A DNA stretch of 64,000 bases from Tubulanus polymorphus (Eukaryota > Animalia > Nemertea). The notes beneath the pieces are model-generated. The model was not told the origin of the DNA. It saw only the letters and a program-made list of their open reading frames with translations, and did no database searches. Every line of letters begins with the position of its first letter. Position 1 is the first letter of the stretch. The translations under genes were made by a program, and so were the position numbers. This document shows positions 51,786-64,000 of the stretch, piece after piece. The DNA lies in the NCBI RefSeq assembly GCF_964204645.1, contig NC_134033.1, forward strand, positions 7,820,655 to 7,884,654. The letters run 5' to 3'.

Positions 51786-53349
51786 CTTTTTCTTCGGTAT
51801 GGATTGATATTGCCTTAGATACAATTACAATTAGATAAAATTAAAAATTTTAGAAATTAAAAGCGTTTTCCGAACACTTACAGCGATCTTGAACCAATGA
51901 ACAACTATTATATTTTGGAAGGTAATGGCTAGTTCCGATGTGGTACATCCTCATTCGATGTCATTCAGCATCTCATGCATTACGGGTCGAGCCCTGAATT
52001 ATTGCAGTTAAAATGCGCTGAAGAATGCTCTCTAAAAATCATCACCCAGTAGTGTATAATATCTGAAGGCGTTTACCACACACGTGCGGCAACAGTAAGT
52101 AGGCCTATGTACATTACTACTGTTGCCGCGCGCATATCTGCAACCGATCGATAAAATACATACACACTCATTGTAGTACAAATGTAGATACAAAATCAGT
52201 GTTGCAATGAATATGCATTGAAATGCGATACTTTTACGCGATAATTAAAACGGGCACTGAACGCTTTTACGGTTCACCTGATTACCGATCGCACCAGACC
52301 AACTGGGATTATCATGTGTTAACACGGTTGTTTTGAAGCTGTTCACAGACTGAACCAAAGGCCAACTGCTAGCTGTACCCTTAGGGCCTGGAGCTAGTCT
52401 AACAATCAACCAAGTGGAACAAAATTAATATTTACCAGCAATTTCATTAGAATTCTTGAATATTAGAAAGATTGATTATGGGAATCTTTGACTTGACAAA
52501 TGTTTGATAGATTCAGGAGAGTGATACAAAACTACGATGAGGGCGTAGGCCGGTTACTGACAAGTTAGTTACCAAATCATTGGTGGTTAAAGCTTTTATA
52601 ATCTGATGGGATATTTGTGAAAATATCTGAACGTGAAACTAAACCGGCTACAGTCGAAGTTAAACTAGTTACTGACGAAATTAAGTTTACCGACTTCAAG
52701 GTTTTTAATGGTTTCACAATTGGATAATTTTTTTGGTAGAAGTCTTGAATAATATTTCTTCTGCTAATTCAAGACCTTTTTGACAATACGAGCGCGAGTC
52801 TTCGACATTGCTTGACGTACTGCGATCTGTAAAAACTATACTGTGCATGTACTAGACTTTTACACCGCATGTGAACGCTGAGTATCGATTCAACACAGCA
52901 GCTAATGTTGAATTGATGTAGCATGTGTACTCACCAATGTGTAAACATTCAATTAATCCGCTGACACACACACCAAGAAAATAATGAACTTTCGGGCAAT
53001 AAACGACAAAATAATTTTCCTGATATCTATATATGGAAATATACAACTAAATCATAGAATAGGCCTATGTAAAGTGCTATTTCAAAAATGTATACGTGAC
53101 ACTATCTTAAGCGCAGACTAATACAGGTTTACTTCTAGACAGGGGCAGCGCTACTTTTGAGTCTGAATTTTTTTATTTTGGCAATATCTAATTAACCAAG
53201 TAACAAAAATTCACCATATACGAACTCAACCTTCTATGATTCATATTTAGGTGACTGTGAAAGTTTCAGACGCGGACATAATCGTTTGACGAGACGGATT
53301 CCACGATTACAATAGGATGACGTGTAATACGTACCGTCGTCCTAAAAAA

Positions 53350-53510
53350 AAGGGTTCTGACCCAAGTGATACCCCACTTGTGTACCAAATTTGAAAACAA
53401 TCGGTCAACAATAGTGGCCTCTAGGCTGTTAACATCACTTGCGGCGGCGGCAGCGTATTCAGTAATCTACATGCACCCTCTCAACTTAAGTTGAGCTAGG
53501 GGCATAAAAA
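53350..53510 (-). mobile_element. HINE-like end of a different family
   Basis: ACCAAATTTG..AACAATCGGTC core motif, (GCG)n, stem-loop ATGCACCCTCTCAACT-TA-AGTTGAGCTAGGGGCAT, then AAAAA. Confidence 0.6.
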
Positions 53511-54673
53511 TGTACCCTTTAAAGTTGAACTACAAAGGTGGGCCTAGTTACACTTGCATACAAAATTCATTGATTTGAATACAATGCACACTATTATATC
53601 AAAACATATCAATGTGACCCTGAGTAAAAATTTCAATTATTAAACCTAAGTGTATATATTTAATTCAGTAGTTTAGGGTAGTTTAGGTGATGGGATGTTA
53701 CAAATTGTAATAGATTTATTTTTTCCGAAATTATCGGCTTGTTTTTCTACTTTAGCTTGTTTCAGACTGTGTGTACTCATTCTCAACTTTTGTCCTTTTG
53801 ACCTGGCCTTTCCCTGTCGACGGAGTTAGTTTTTTACCATTTGCAACACGTAGACACACCATCTCCAAATCTTAGAGTATGGCTTCTTTCTGGTAATTTT
53901 AACCTTAATTATTTTAGTTAAGTCTTACTTTTAGATTCATATCTTGTGATGGCTCAAATTTGTGTCGATAACAATGTGGGGATTCTTTATAGGGTATTGA
54001 GGGTTAATTTGACCTTGCTTTTAAGAATATTTCTGGACATACATACTTCGTGACCTGGCACTATTTTCTACTGAAGGATCTTGGGAAACAAATTACCAGG
54101 GTTGAGTTTTTGGGGGGTTGACTGAGCTGGTTAGTCGCTGCACAGGAAAAGTCTACTCGACTTTTGGTTTTTACCAACACGGTAAACCATATTTATACTA
54201 AATTTTGCAGCTGTATCAACTAGCTGTTATTTTCCCTAGCCAAGGGTAAATAGATTTTTATTAGTGTCAAGTCACATTACTTGTTAGCGTCTATTTAGAC
54301 TATATTTTTCAGACTACATATTATACTACCCCAAAGTTGGATTAATGCTCGGTATACTAAGAATATTATGGAAAGTACAATTTCGTAGTTTTAAGACAGT
54401 GATGTTTCCACTGCTATTTGCATTATCTTATCATTCCTATTTGCGATACTTTGCGATTTACTTTTTCAAATATCAATTAAATCGAAGTCATCAGTGAACT
54501 CCGCATTTTGCGTGGAGCTAGATTAGCGTGGGACCTTCCGTTACATTGGATACTTATCATGACCGTGGTTGCAGATTATGGCAGAGATGCGTGAAGCAGT
54601 TGTTAATTCGTCATGTACATATCAAATTGATCATCGTCACGCTGAAACCTTTTCGTCCGTTCAGACTTTTTGC

Positions 54674-54765
54674 CATATGAAAACTATTGGTGTTGTGTTA
54701 GACTATTCGTCATATTGAAACTATTGGTGTTGCACTAAACTGTTCGTCATGTTTGAACTATTGGT
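54674..54765. repeat. ~37-bp tandem repeat, about 2.5 copies
   Basis: AACTATTGGT recurs at ~54682, ~54719 and ~54756. Confidence 0.75.
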
Positions 54766-56871
54766 TCCGTTCAATTATTCGTAGAGTTTTACAATTAGTT
54801 GCGTCAGAACTATTCTTGCGGAATTCCATCAACAGCGAGTCAAGCAATCGCAGTCCAGCCGGAGACCTAAGTATCTTTCTCTTACACAATAATAACGAAT
54901 TTAATAGATTGAGTATTCTTTTGTCCATAAGGCATTTTACAGTTGGGTATTTTTGTCCATAAGACATTTAAATAAAGGTTGAGTCAGACATGTGTTTTAG
55001 CTAGTAATTAGATATTTTATTGACTCATTTCACTTCTTATTTCATAGTTCATCTTAGTAATAAATAACCCTTGTATAATACCGGTATATTTTTTTCTGTT
55101 GTGTTGTGTCATTAGAAGAGGTGCTTGCGATAGTTTTTCAGTTCTTGGACCTACGGCGCACGGTGGCCGTTCTACATTCTTGGCAAGTGCTTTACATCAA
55201 AACTATCAAAATGCGCGCGAACATTCCGCACGTTGTTTGGCTACACTACTCGACTAAGTCAAAAGAACTAGAACAAGTTCTATTTCACTCAACTAGTTGA
55301 GAGTTAAGTTGTATCGAGGAAAACCGAGCAACTATTTCGCTCACAGACATGACTCACTTCAAAATAGTTGTGTTCAACTGCTAGTTACTCGTATGTGTGT
55401 GAACTCAGTATAATGACGACCCCATAGCATCGAAACATAAAGGCTATAAAACTACATATCAAGACAATTTAAGCATCTTTCTTTAAAATTACTTGCTCCC
55501 TCCACGTACAGATGGCAATTGCCTTTTAGGGGCTACAAATAAAATCCAAAGGGCGCTAGCTCAATAATTTGCACATCAAACAAACTGGTAGCACTAGAAC
55601 TTTGAGATATTCCATATTGGCAACAATATACTATGGAATACTATCTATATAATGATATATGATATCTCATAGTGGCATCTGGAAAAGGAATGGACAACAA
55701 GATTTGGCATAGGTTGTGGTGAACTGAAGTGGAATGATAATACTTACATTACTAAAACGAATTGGTAGAATGAGCATGTCATCAGCGAGACATAGGTCAC
55801 TATTTAACATATCACATACAGTCTCAAATACCATTTTAGTATCTTCTACTGTTAGTTTTCTGAAAAGCAAAGCCAGACAAAGAATCACTCTTAATCAATG
55901 TTCACTACTAGTGTACCTACACTACAAGTGCATGTAACCAACGTCAAAACTAAACTCGATGGGCTCAATTTCACAATGACGGCAACCAACATAGCGAATA
56001 TCATCCAGCAAATGAAGCTAATTAATATATAAACCACGATATTCTAAACCTCAAGATGTTTGATTGAAACAGGACAGTCACAAAGCATCATGATTGAAGT
56101 TTATTGTTGTGATATTGCTGAGGTTTCCATGAGGACTTCAAAAAGTAACACACAGTGCAGATTTTAACCAAATATCTCTGCCAGCGAGCAATCTAAAATT
56201 CATGTATGTTTGCAGTTACACACTGACCAAAGGTTTCAGGATAGGTAGGTTGGTAGATAAAAAGCTTTTTTTGCACACAGGAATTTGTCGAATACAGGCT
56301 CCCTACGGATCCGTCATTCCAGAATTCAAGGACTTTTCATGGAGAAAATCAATGAATCTTGGAATGAAGTTTTCACTTGGTACTCTTGAAGTTGAGTAGA
56401 CAAAATACGAACAGACAATTATCGTGGGATGGCCCTGACATTAATTGTCCTCACCAACAAATTAGCAGATTATTCATTTTGTTGAACCTACTGTAAATCA
56501 TGCGACACAAGCCGTTCAATCAGCAGGTTTAGTATCATTTGAGGTTTATTAGTTATCACAACATCCTCGGTCAACCAGGCGTATCGTGCCAATAAAACCC
56601 GATCATTCCATGGATTCGGACCATTCTCAATATGCGATAAAATCTCTGCAAAATAATATATCTCTTTTAGAAGCAAGAAATCAAAAACACATTGGCAAAA
56701 TATCCACTTTCATTTAATTAATGTTCTGATGAACGCAAGTGAAATCCCGGAAAACGAATTCATGTCAATGCATTACAATTTATTATTGATAAACTGCTGA
56801 GACTATCAGAATTCTTTTCACCAAAAATAATTTATTTTGATTCTCCAGACCTGATCCCTGATTATGTCAAG

Positions 56872-57185
56872 AAAATGACATTTTGAGGCACTAAAAAGGT
56901 CCTGGGCCTCCATCTTGAGTCTGATCGACCCAATTTTTCTCATGCTTATTTTGGCAAACAACAATGGTAGCCATTCGGCCATCTAGATTCTGACAGGGCC
57001 AGTTTTTGGGCTGAAGATGTGTCTAGGGTAGATACATGTATAACCCAAATATCAAGACATTACATTGAAGCGACTTCAAAACTTCCCAAAATAACTGGAT
57101 TCCTTCTACAGACGGACGGACGGATGACGGATGAAAAGTGGACACAATAGCCCGCTCGGACTTCAAGTCCCAAGAGGGCTAAAAA
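56872..57185 (-). mobile_element. HINE family A, hairpin end with internal deletion
   Basis: Colinear with 545-917; (GACG/GGAC)n at 57111-57132; TAGCCCGCTCGGAC...GTCCCAAGAGGGCTAAAAA. Confidence 0.82.
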
Positions 57186-57419
57186 TCATCTACAATTGAA
57201 ATTATGGGCACTCTTTATATTTCAGAATTTAAATTGACACCTCGGAACGAACTTCAGCAATCGTCGGCAGTGTTCGGCTGTCCGGTATATGCGGGTAGAT
57301 TTAAGCATTACGGAAGGAGATAGGAGCGTTCCAGCCTTTCTGTATAGTATGGTTAAGGCAGGTGATATTTTGCCAATGCAGCATTATTCCTGTTAACGCT
57401 ACTTTGCCAATGGCACATT

Positions 57420-57452
57420 CTGATTGGCTTATTGACGCTGCGCATGCGCACT
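57420..57452. promoter_or_regulatory. CCAAT box next to a perfect NRF1-type palindrome
   Basis: TGATTGG (57421-57427) and TGCGCATGCGCA (57439-57450); motif match only, could be TE-borne. Confidence 0.3.
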
Positions 57453-58859
57453 GAGGTGACTTAGAAAATTCAAGGAAAGTGTGGAGAATAGAGTGAGTTA
57501 GAGAACCAGAAAGAAACTTTCCATGATGGGTTTCTGCGTAATTGTTTCTGTTTCATTCACCGAACTCGCTGTCAAAAAGGCGATTCTCGATATAAATAGT
57601 AATGGGTTTCCCCGCGGGATACCCGCTTTGGGAAAGGCACCTGAATCGATGCTACGAGTTCGAATCCCAATATTTAGACGTAATTTATTATTCTTTGAAA
57701 TAAATTCTTAGAATTTCTATTTATGATAGGATGTGCAGGTTTTGATTTGGTAATGATGTTAATAAAAGTTAACCTCTTAAGGTATTGTTTTCTATCTATA
57801 TTATTTGTGACGGATTAGTTTCGATGCTCCTCACAACCCGCCCCACCACGTGTCACTTATTCACGGACACGCGGATTGTATCATTTGTAATAGGCCTACC
57901 ACATGAAAGAGTCCATGGCCTACCGTAGAATAGAAGGGCCTACCGATCACGCTACGTGCGATGAAAGTAGTGTTTGAATAAAACAAATTTTTAATGAAAT
58001 AAACATTATTTATCATAATTAATCAATAGATCAGGTGCCGCCTAAATAATTGTTTGTTTCGTGAAATTTGTACAAAACTTTGCGACTTTGTCATGTCTTG
58101 TGACCCTGAAAATACTAGAAGAATCATCGGTAAGCTTATAAAACGGCGAGGTCAACATAGTAACAACAACTTCGGGGATTGAAAAAAAAAACTCGAAAGA
58201 ATTATTTCTTATACTGATGAGTTATACTGATGGGGAGTAGCGACCGTCATTGACACCGGTTATTTATCCATTCACTATCAAATGTGACGAGCCCAATAAA
58301 TGATTGTGCATAGATTCGGCCTCTCAGCATTTAGCACAGCAGTTCCGAGAAGTGTTAAGACCGATCAGCGCCATCCTCGCTTGCCAGGGGTCCGGTATCA
58401 CTCCCAAACTCGCTTCCACCAGCCCCCTGGCCTCACGAAGCGTGATTTCATTACTGGCGCTGTTGCGCATGACGTCATATATCGATTTGCAAAATACTTC
58501 CTTGTTCGGTAAAATGTTCGCTGATTGGTCAATTTAACGGGAAAACCAACATAAGTCTACTGACGGTTTGTTACAAGCGCTGTGATTGGTACGACCGGAT
58601 TCTGGTCGGCTAGCAATGACTCCAACGACTCGTGAGGTCAAGGGGTTCGGGGAACAGCTTTAGCGTAGTGGGTTCGAATCCCTTGACGGGTGAAGATGGA
58701 TCAGCGCGCGCGCTATCTAAAACCGGTGCTAGTACGATCAATATCTACAGGTATATACGTGTTTAGTATTACACAGCGAGTACCAGTATGTTGATCGAGC
58801 GTCATCGTAGCAACGCGCTATACAGCGGCTTGAACTAGCGAGTAACGTTAATTATCTTT

Positions 58860-59076
58860 TAACCAAATTAGAGCACTTATAACCATCGGAATCAAAAATA
58901 AACCAAGCTGCACCATCTACATCAAGTAGAGAATACCTGTGTGAAATTACAGAATTGTCGGTCCACACAAACAGCTTAAATCGTGTCATAAAGAAACATC
59001 CACAGACGGACAGACAGACAGACATGACGACGATGCCATAGATGGGTTCGTCTGACGACGAAACCCATCAAAAAAA
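58860..59076 (-). mobile_element. HINE-like end of a third family
   Basis: (GACA)n at 59004-59024, stem-loop GATGGGTTCGTC-TGAC-GACGAAACCCATC (59041-59069), then an A-run. Confidence 0.7.
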
Positions 59077-59080
59077 GGAG

Positions 59081-59150
59081 CATAGAGCGGGATTCAAACC
59101 CGGACCAGCAGATTGCTAGCCTAACATCTTTCCATTAGACCACCTGCCGG
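59081..59150 (-). pseudogene. tRNA-derived sequence (SINE head or tRNA pseudogene)
   Basis: Minus-strand A box TGGTCTAATGG and B box GGTTTGAATCC inside a T-arm, at tRNA spacing; the acceptor stem does not pair. Confidence 0.6.
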
Positions 59151-59595
59151 GCCCACTCGAAACCACCCGTAAGTTTTTACTACATTTAGCCTAACCTTAC
59201 CCTACCCTATACCAATATGTTTCCATGCCTACCAACTGAAGTTTGGTATATAGGCATGGAAGCATATCGTTAAACTTTCAAATCATGGAGTCTATTTTCT
59301 TCATTTAACCCCTTTCAGCGAAGACTTTTTGGGCAGGCTTCAATAGTTTCAAATGGATTAAAAAATTATGATTTAAGTCGACTGCCAGTCCTTTCTGGTC
59401 CTATTAAGACCTTTATCGGGTATGTACTACCATAACCAGTAAGCGAGCTGGTTAAATACCGGAATGCTCTCAAGTCAGGTTGAAATAGATATTAGACACT
59501 AGCCCTATTGAAACCCTTACGCTAAACCCAATATAATGATTTTGTTGTCATATTTTATTACTATACCTTATTATATGTTGCCATTGGCAATATAG

Positions 59596-60319
59596 CAGTG
59601 CTTCATCTAGCATTAAATAAGGGCAGGGTGCTGATTTAAAATGAGGGCATTTTTGCACGTGATTCAATTGGAGCAAGGGCACAAAATAACGCACTCACGT
59701 CTGTTTTAGGGGCAACCTGCAATGTTCCCTATTGCATAGAATCGGTACCCCCTACTACGATTGAGGACTAGAAACTATGTTTAACTGTTAAGTTTGCCAT
59801 GAGTGATACACTTGACCACAGTACATCCTTACACCTATGCCTGTCAATGTATATAAAATTTGTCTAATAGTCCAGATAACAAGATCCAGAGCATCACGAA
59901 ACAATCCATCGAATATACACTACCAGCTTTACAACGGTAGTCGCTAGAATGATTGGCAGTAGTTTGGAAGGCAGCCAATTTCCTGGAAACTTAAACTAGG
60001 CCACGCGTCTGAGGCACGTTTTCACACAATTCACAATGACTGCAGTACATTTAAATATAACCACTGATCACATGAGCTACTATCGTTGATATCATATGAG
60101 ATATTTCATAGCTGTAGCAGGATTCATACTAACAGTCGGATGCGACGGCTTATTTTGAAAGCCTTGACTCATTACTCGTAACTGACGAGGGTTGGAGGGT
60201 GGACCTATGGCAAATGATGAGGGCAGAAGGTCAAGCATGGGACACATCTGAAGGGCACAAGGGCGGCTATTTTCGGGGGCGGGGCGAACTGCCCTCTTTT
60301 TTTGCTAGGTGAAGCACTG
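59596..60319. mobile_element. hAT-type non-autonomous element, shorter sister of 29398-30457
   Basis: TIR CAGTGCTTCATCTAGC / GCTAGGTGAAGCACTG; TATAG on both flanks; lacks ~320 bp present at 29653-29973. Confidence 0.9.
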
Positions 60320-60578
60320 TATAGCGTTTACTATAATAATGCCGCATTTAGCAAAATATCCACTTCCAATGGTTAAACGATAGGGACAGGCCCGCGCATT
60401 GCATCATGGGTAAATTCATTGTAAAACATGGCGGATTATCGAAGTAGGAATAACATATCGCTTGTAAATTATTGAATATTTATCCAATGTCAAAGCCCAT
60501 ATATAAGAGGCAGTGCCTCGCACAGGGGCTTGTATCAGAGTTGTAGGTAATGTAAAAACGATAATCAGTTAATCCAAT

Positions 60579-61047
60579 GTCTATAGTATATAACAAAGGG
60601 GCTAACGACACTCACAAACTACTCGATGAATAGTTTGTGAATTATATGTCTTTGAACGCGAAATTAGGGCCGAAATCGCCTGGACCGAAAATGCTATGAC
60701 GCCGGTTTTTGCCGATTTCGAAATTTAAAACATTGAATTCGACACGAAATCCTTCACCGATTTTGATGATTGAGGGCTTCAAATGCACAAAACATTCTAT
60801 ATTTTCCCCATATTGCGGTTGTTTCTTTAATCCATACGATCTTCCAGCTTTGCAAACGCGAATTTTCCGATTGTAATTCACGAACTATTCATCGGCAGTT
60901 AACGGGATTAGTTTCGTTAGAAGCAGGAAGCTATTAGCTTTCATATCATGCCTGGATTATCAAAATCGGATGAGAAATAACGAAATAGTAAGCGATTGAA
61001 GTTGAGTAGTTTGTGAGCGTCGTTAGCCTCCTCGTTATTTTATAGAC
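60579..61047. mobile_element. MITE-like element with a nested inner inverted repeat
   Basis: 60579-60624 is inverted relative to 61004-61047 (GGCTAACGAC.CTCACAAACTACTC); inner pair 60624-60643 / 60875-60894. Confidence 0.65.
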
Positions 61048-63002
61048 GGACGCCGGGCGCCCAAGGCGCCCGGAGGACGTCCCTTTGGTAAACGCGTATA
61101 TGTGGATACTACGAAGTGTCTTCTTAACCGATTCTGACTAGCTGATAAAGTCAGAAAAAAATGACGTCACTTGACGTCCGGTTTGAAGTTCATGGGGAAA
61201 TCGGAAGTAGAATTACGTCACGCTAAAATCCGGCATTCCACTAACTAAAACACGGTAACTTATGGATCGGGTTATTTCAGAATGTATTTATTTCATGAAA
61301 TTTCGAACAAGATTGGGTCGATGAATAGTTAAACAATGAACCGCGTTGATCGATTGAGTTGAAAATAGCTGAAATTCCCTTAGCAACAGAACAGGGGCGA
61401 ATTCAATAACAAAACGCGGCCGCGGCCCGGTGCCACGCGGTTTGTCAGCGCGCAGGTTCAAATCTCGGAGAATTACGCTCTCGCGCGCGCAGCAGTCATT
61501 CCCAACCGCAGCACTGAAATATGCTTCTTTAATCAAAAGTAATGACCCTAAAAACTGCGATGAGAGTCGCGTTAGAGTCATAAAATTTCTCGGCCAGTAC
61601 GGCGCCGGATCGGTACGTCTTGCTCGCTCGCAGCAGCAACATCGCGGTCGGCAAAAACATTAGTGTCCGGCCCTTCTTCACCAAATAAGGAATTCGGTAT
61701 TATTTTGAACCGTATTCCCGGAGGATTAGAAAGAAGTGTATATTTTTCGCAAGAGAAATCAATTTTTGTACTGACATTCTGATTTTCTGCTAATTCGATT
61801 TTTTTTTAGCAGAAAATAATTTTTCGATTTGTGCGCGTTTCAATGCGTATTAGAAGGTACAGTACATTTGAAGGTACAGTAATTAAGAAATGCGTTGTAA
61901 TCTTCTCGTCTCCCTTTTATTTCCAAATGGAACTAATTTCTAAATTAACTACCAGATCAAAATTCTTCAATATTGCAAAAACCCCTCAGTTTCCACCAAA
62001 GAAATGTCATTGGTTACATTATGTTTTCACAAAGAGTTTTAAACCATTAAAAATGACACTTTATCTAAATCGAAAGAATGATCGACAGTGGTACCGAGAC
62101 CTAATTTATAAGAAATTTTTCAAATTTTTTTCTCGCAAAAATCAAAAATTTAAATTTCATTAGATCTTATAATATAGCCTAAGATAAGAAAATTATGAGG
62201 TTTGATTCATTTCTGAAATTTGGGCTTATAATGAGTTACAGTTTCATCTTCTTTCCTCCCACCCCTTAAGTCTGGCATTAATTTTCAATTTTCCAAGTTT
62301 TGACTAAGAATTGATTAAATTTCTTCATTAATTTAATGCTTTGGGTCCAACTAGGCCCTACAGTACAATTTCAATATGAAATAGCCTATACTGAAGTTGA
62401 TTCTCTTTCCTGTTTCATTAACAACATTTAAGTGTGTTCCTTCACTGACAATATTTTGAGTGTTTTCGTTACCCCGTACTTGAGGTAGGCCTACTTGAGG
62501 TTGTTTTCCCGAATCACTATGATTTCTTAATATGAAAAATTTAATCAAGCTGTGACAAGGCGTCCGTCACTTAGATTTCATCTATTACATATTATATTAT
62601 ATACTATAGACATTGGATTAACAGATTATCGTTTTCAAATTACCTACAACTCTGATACAACTCTGTGGTGCCTCGTGCCTGTGACGATTGACTACGGGTT
62701 TTTTAACGCCAACGGCCGTAATCGGCGGGGTCCGTTGGCTTGAAGTGTTAAAAATCTAAACCTCCGATCATTAATTACGAACGATAATTAAAATTGAACA
62801 AGCAAAGTACCCGGTACGAAATTGTTGAAGATAAAACCGTTTTTGGTAACATGCCTAATCTAAAATCCCTGATAAACCTAATCTCACGTGTACTTGCATA
62901 TTTACCTGTGGAAGTCGCCATCTTTGTTTTGATGATCGGTTTCGGCATGGCCTATAATGGGTAGCTCCGACAATATCCAAATCAGGGAGTCCATTTCGCG
63001 CC

Positions 63003-64000
63003 AGTCTCATCAATTTGTGTAAAGGCAATAATCTATGTATTTTAAATGGTCGTTGTCCTGGTGACAGTTTTGGGGAATATACCTGCCATCAATGGAACGG
63101 CAGTAGTGTGGTTGACTTAGCTAAGCCAATGGAAGCCTATATCCACGCATTAAATATTTCTATGTGCACCATCTGACTGAACTATCTGATCATTGCGCTA
63201 TTTCACTCGGCCCTTTGAATACAAAAGAGATGTACCTCCTAGACCCAAGAATTCCTCGGTTGGTCAGTCTAATTTTTATAACAAGCAATTTTCTAAACTC
63301 AAAGATGTAGAAGAGGTCAACTCTTACCTTTCTAATCCGGTAATATTGTGTAAATTAGATCAATTTCTTGAGGGTGATACGGTATGGACTACTAAAGGTG
63401 TAAATATCGAAACGTTAAATGAAATAGTGAATAATTTTGTAGGCCTATACTGAATACCAATGTCAAAACAAAGGTTCAGAATCCTAAGGTGCAGAAGAAT
63501 ACCGGTAAGAAGAGTTGGTTTGATAAGGAATGTATGTCGTTGAAAAAGAATTTACAGTTAACAGGCAGAAAATAACATTATGAAACAAATGGGGAGAATA
63601 GGCAGAAATATTTTATTTAAAAAAAAATGATGTAAGAAAACTGTTAGGACAAAACGTGCAATATTCAGACAATCTGAGCTGTCAAAATTAACTTCGCTAA
63701 AATGTAGACCCAGGGAGTTTTGGAAAATTATCAAAAATCTAAACAAGGATGGTGAAAAACCAGTCAATGACAATTACACCCCTAATTCTACGGAATTTAT
63801 CAACCACTTTAAGTCGCTGAACGCTGCCAAAATTTGTCATAAAAATGTTGTCGAAGACAACTTACCTGAAGCCGACAATGTTTTTACAGAATTAGACTAC
63901 CGGATTACTGAAGAAGAAATATCCAATGCTCTGTCTAAACTTAAAAACAGTAAATCCCCAGGTCTTGTTGGAATAACTAACGAGCTACTTAAATATGGCA
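63003..64000 (+). mobile_element. RTEX-like LINE (endonuclease C-terminus to pre-RT region), decayed; runs off window end
   Basis: LINLCKGNNLCILNGRCPGDSFGEYTC...GSSVVD; SDHC; WFDKEC; PREFWKII; LDYRITEEEISNALSKLKNSKSPG..GITNELLK. Confidence 0.85.

Noticed and set aside
52086-52129. Perfect 12-bp hairpin (also a 13-bp hairpin at 9069-9100)
   Set aside because: Single occurrences in probable TE interiors, with nothing to support a function.
59081-59150. Functional tRNA gene
   Set aside because: The acceptor stem does not pair and the anticodon arm is weak; kept only as a tRNA-derived relic.

Overview
AT-rich eukaryotic DNA, probably from a marine invertebrate (inferred from the repeat repertoire). 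It is dominated by transposable elements, and I could not identify an intact host protein-coding gene. Best-supported content: (1) a near-intact, two-intron hAT transposon (25389-28987) with one nonsense codon and a 6-bp TSD, nested in a TTAA-flanked piggyBac-like element that is itself inserted in a CR1-group LINE; (2) two further hAT-type non-autonomous families with 6-bp (once 5-bp) TSDs; (3) a decayed but nearly complete DIRS tyrosine-recombinase retrotransposon (14478-20974, minus strand) with readable ITR/ICR, plus a second DIRS recombinase relic; (4) a truncated Gypsy element, a 5'-truncated L2/CR1-type LINE and an RTEX-like LINE; (5) over a dozen Helentron/DINE-like (HINE) pieces, some with ~155-bp tandem cores, all in one orientation. 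Between the TEs lie long, splice-site-bounded, stop-interrupted minus-strand segments, some headed by a recurring hairpin. They may be a decayed tandem gene family or a non-coding transcription unit. This is the least explained signal in the window and remains tentative. All alignments and identity estimates were made by eye.
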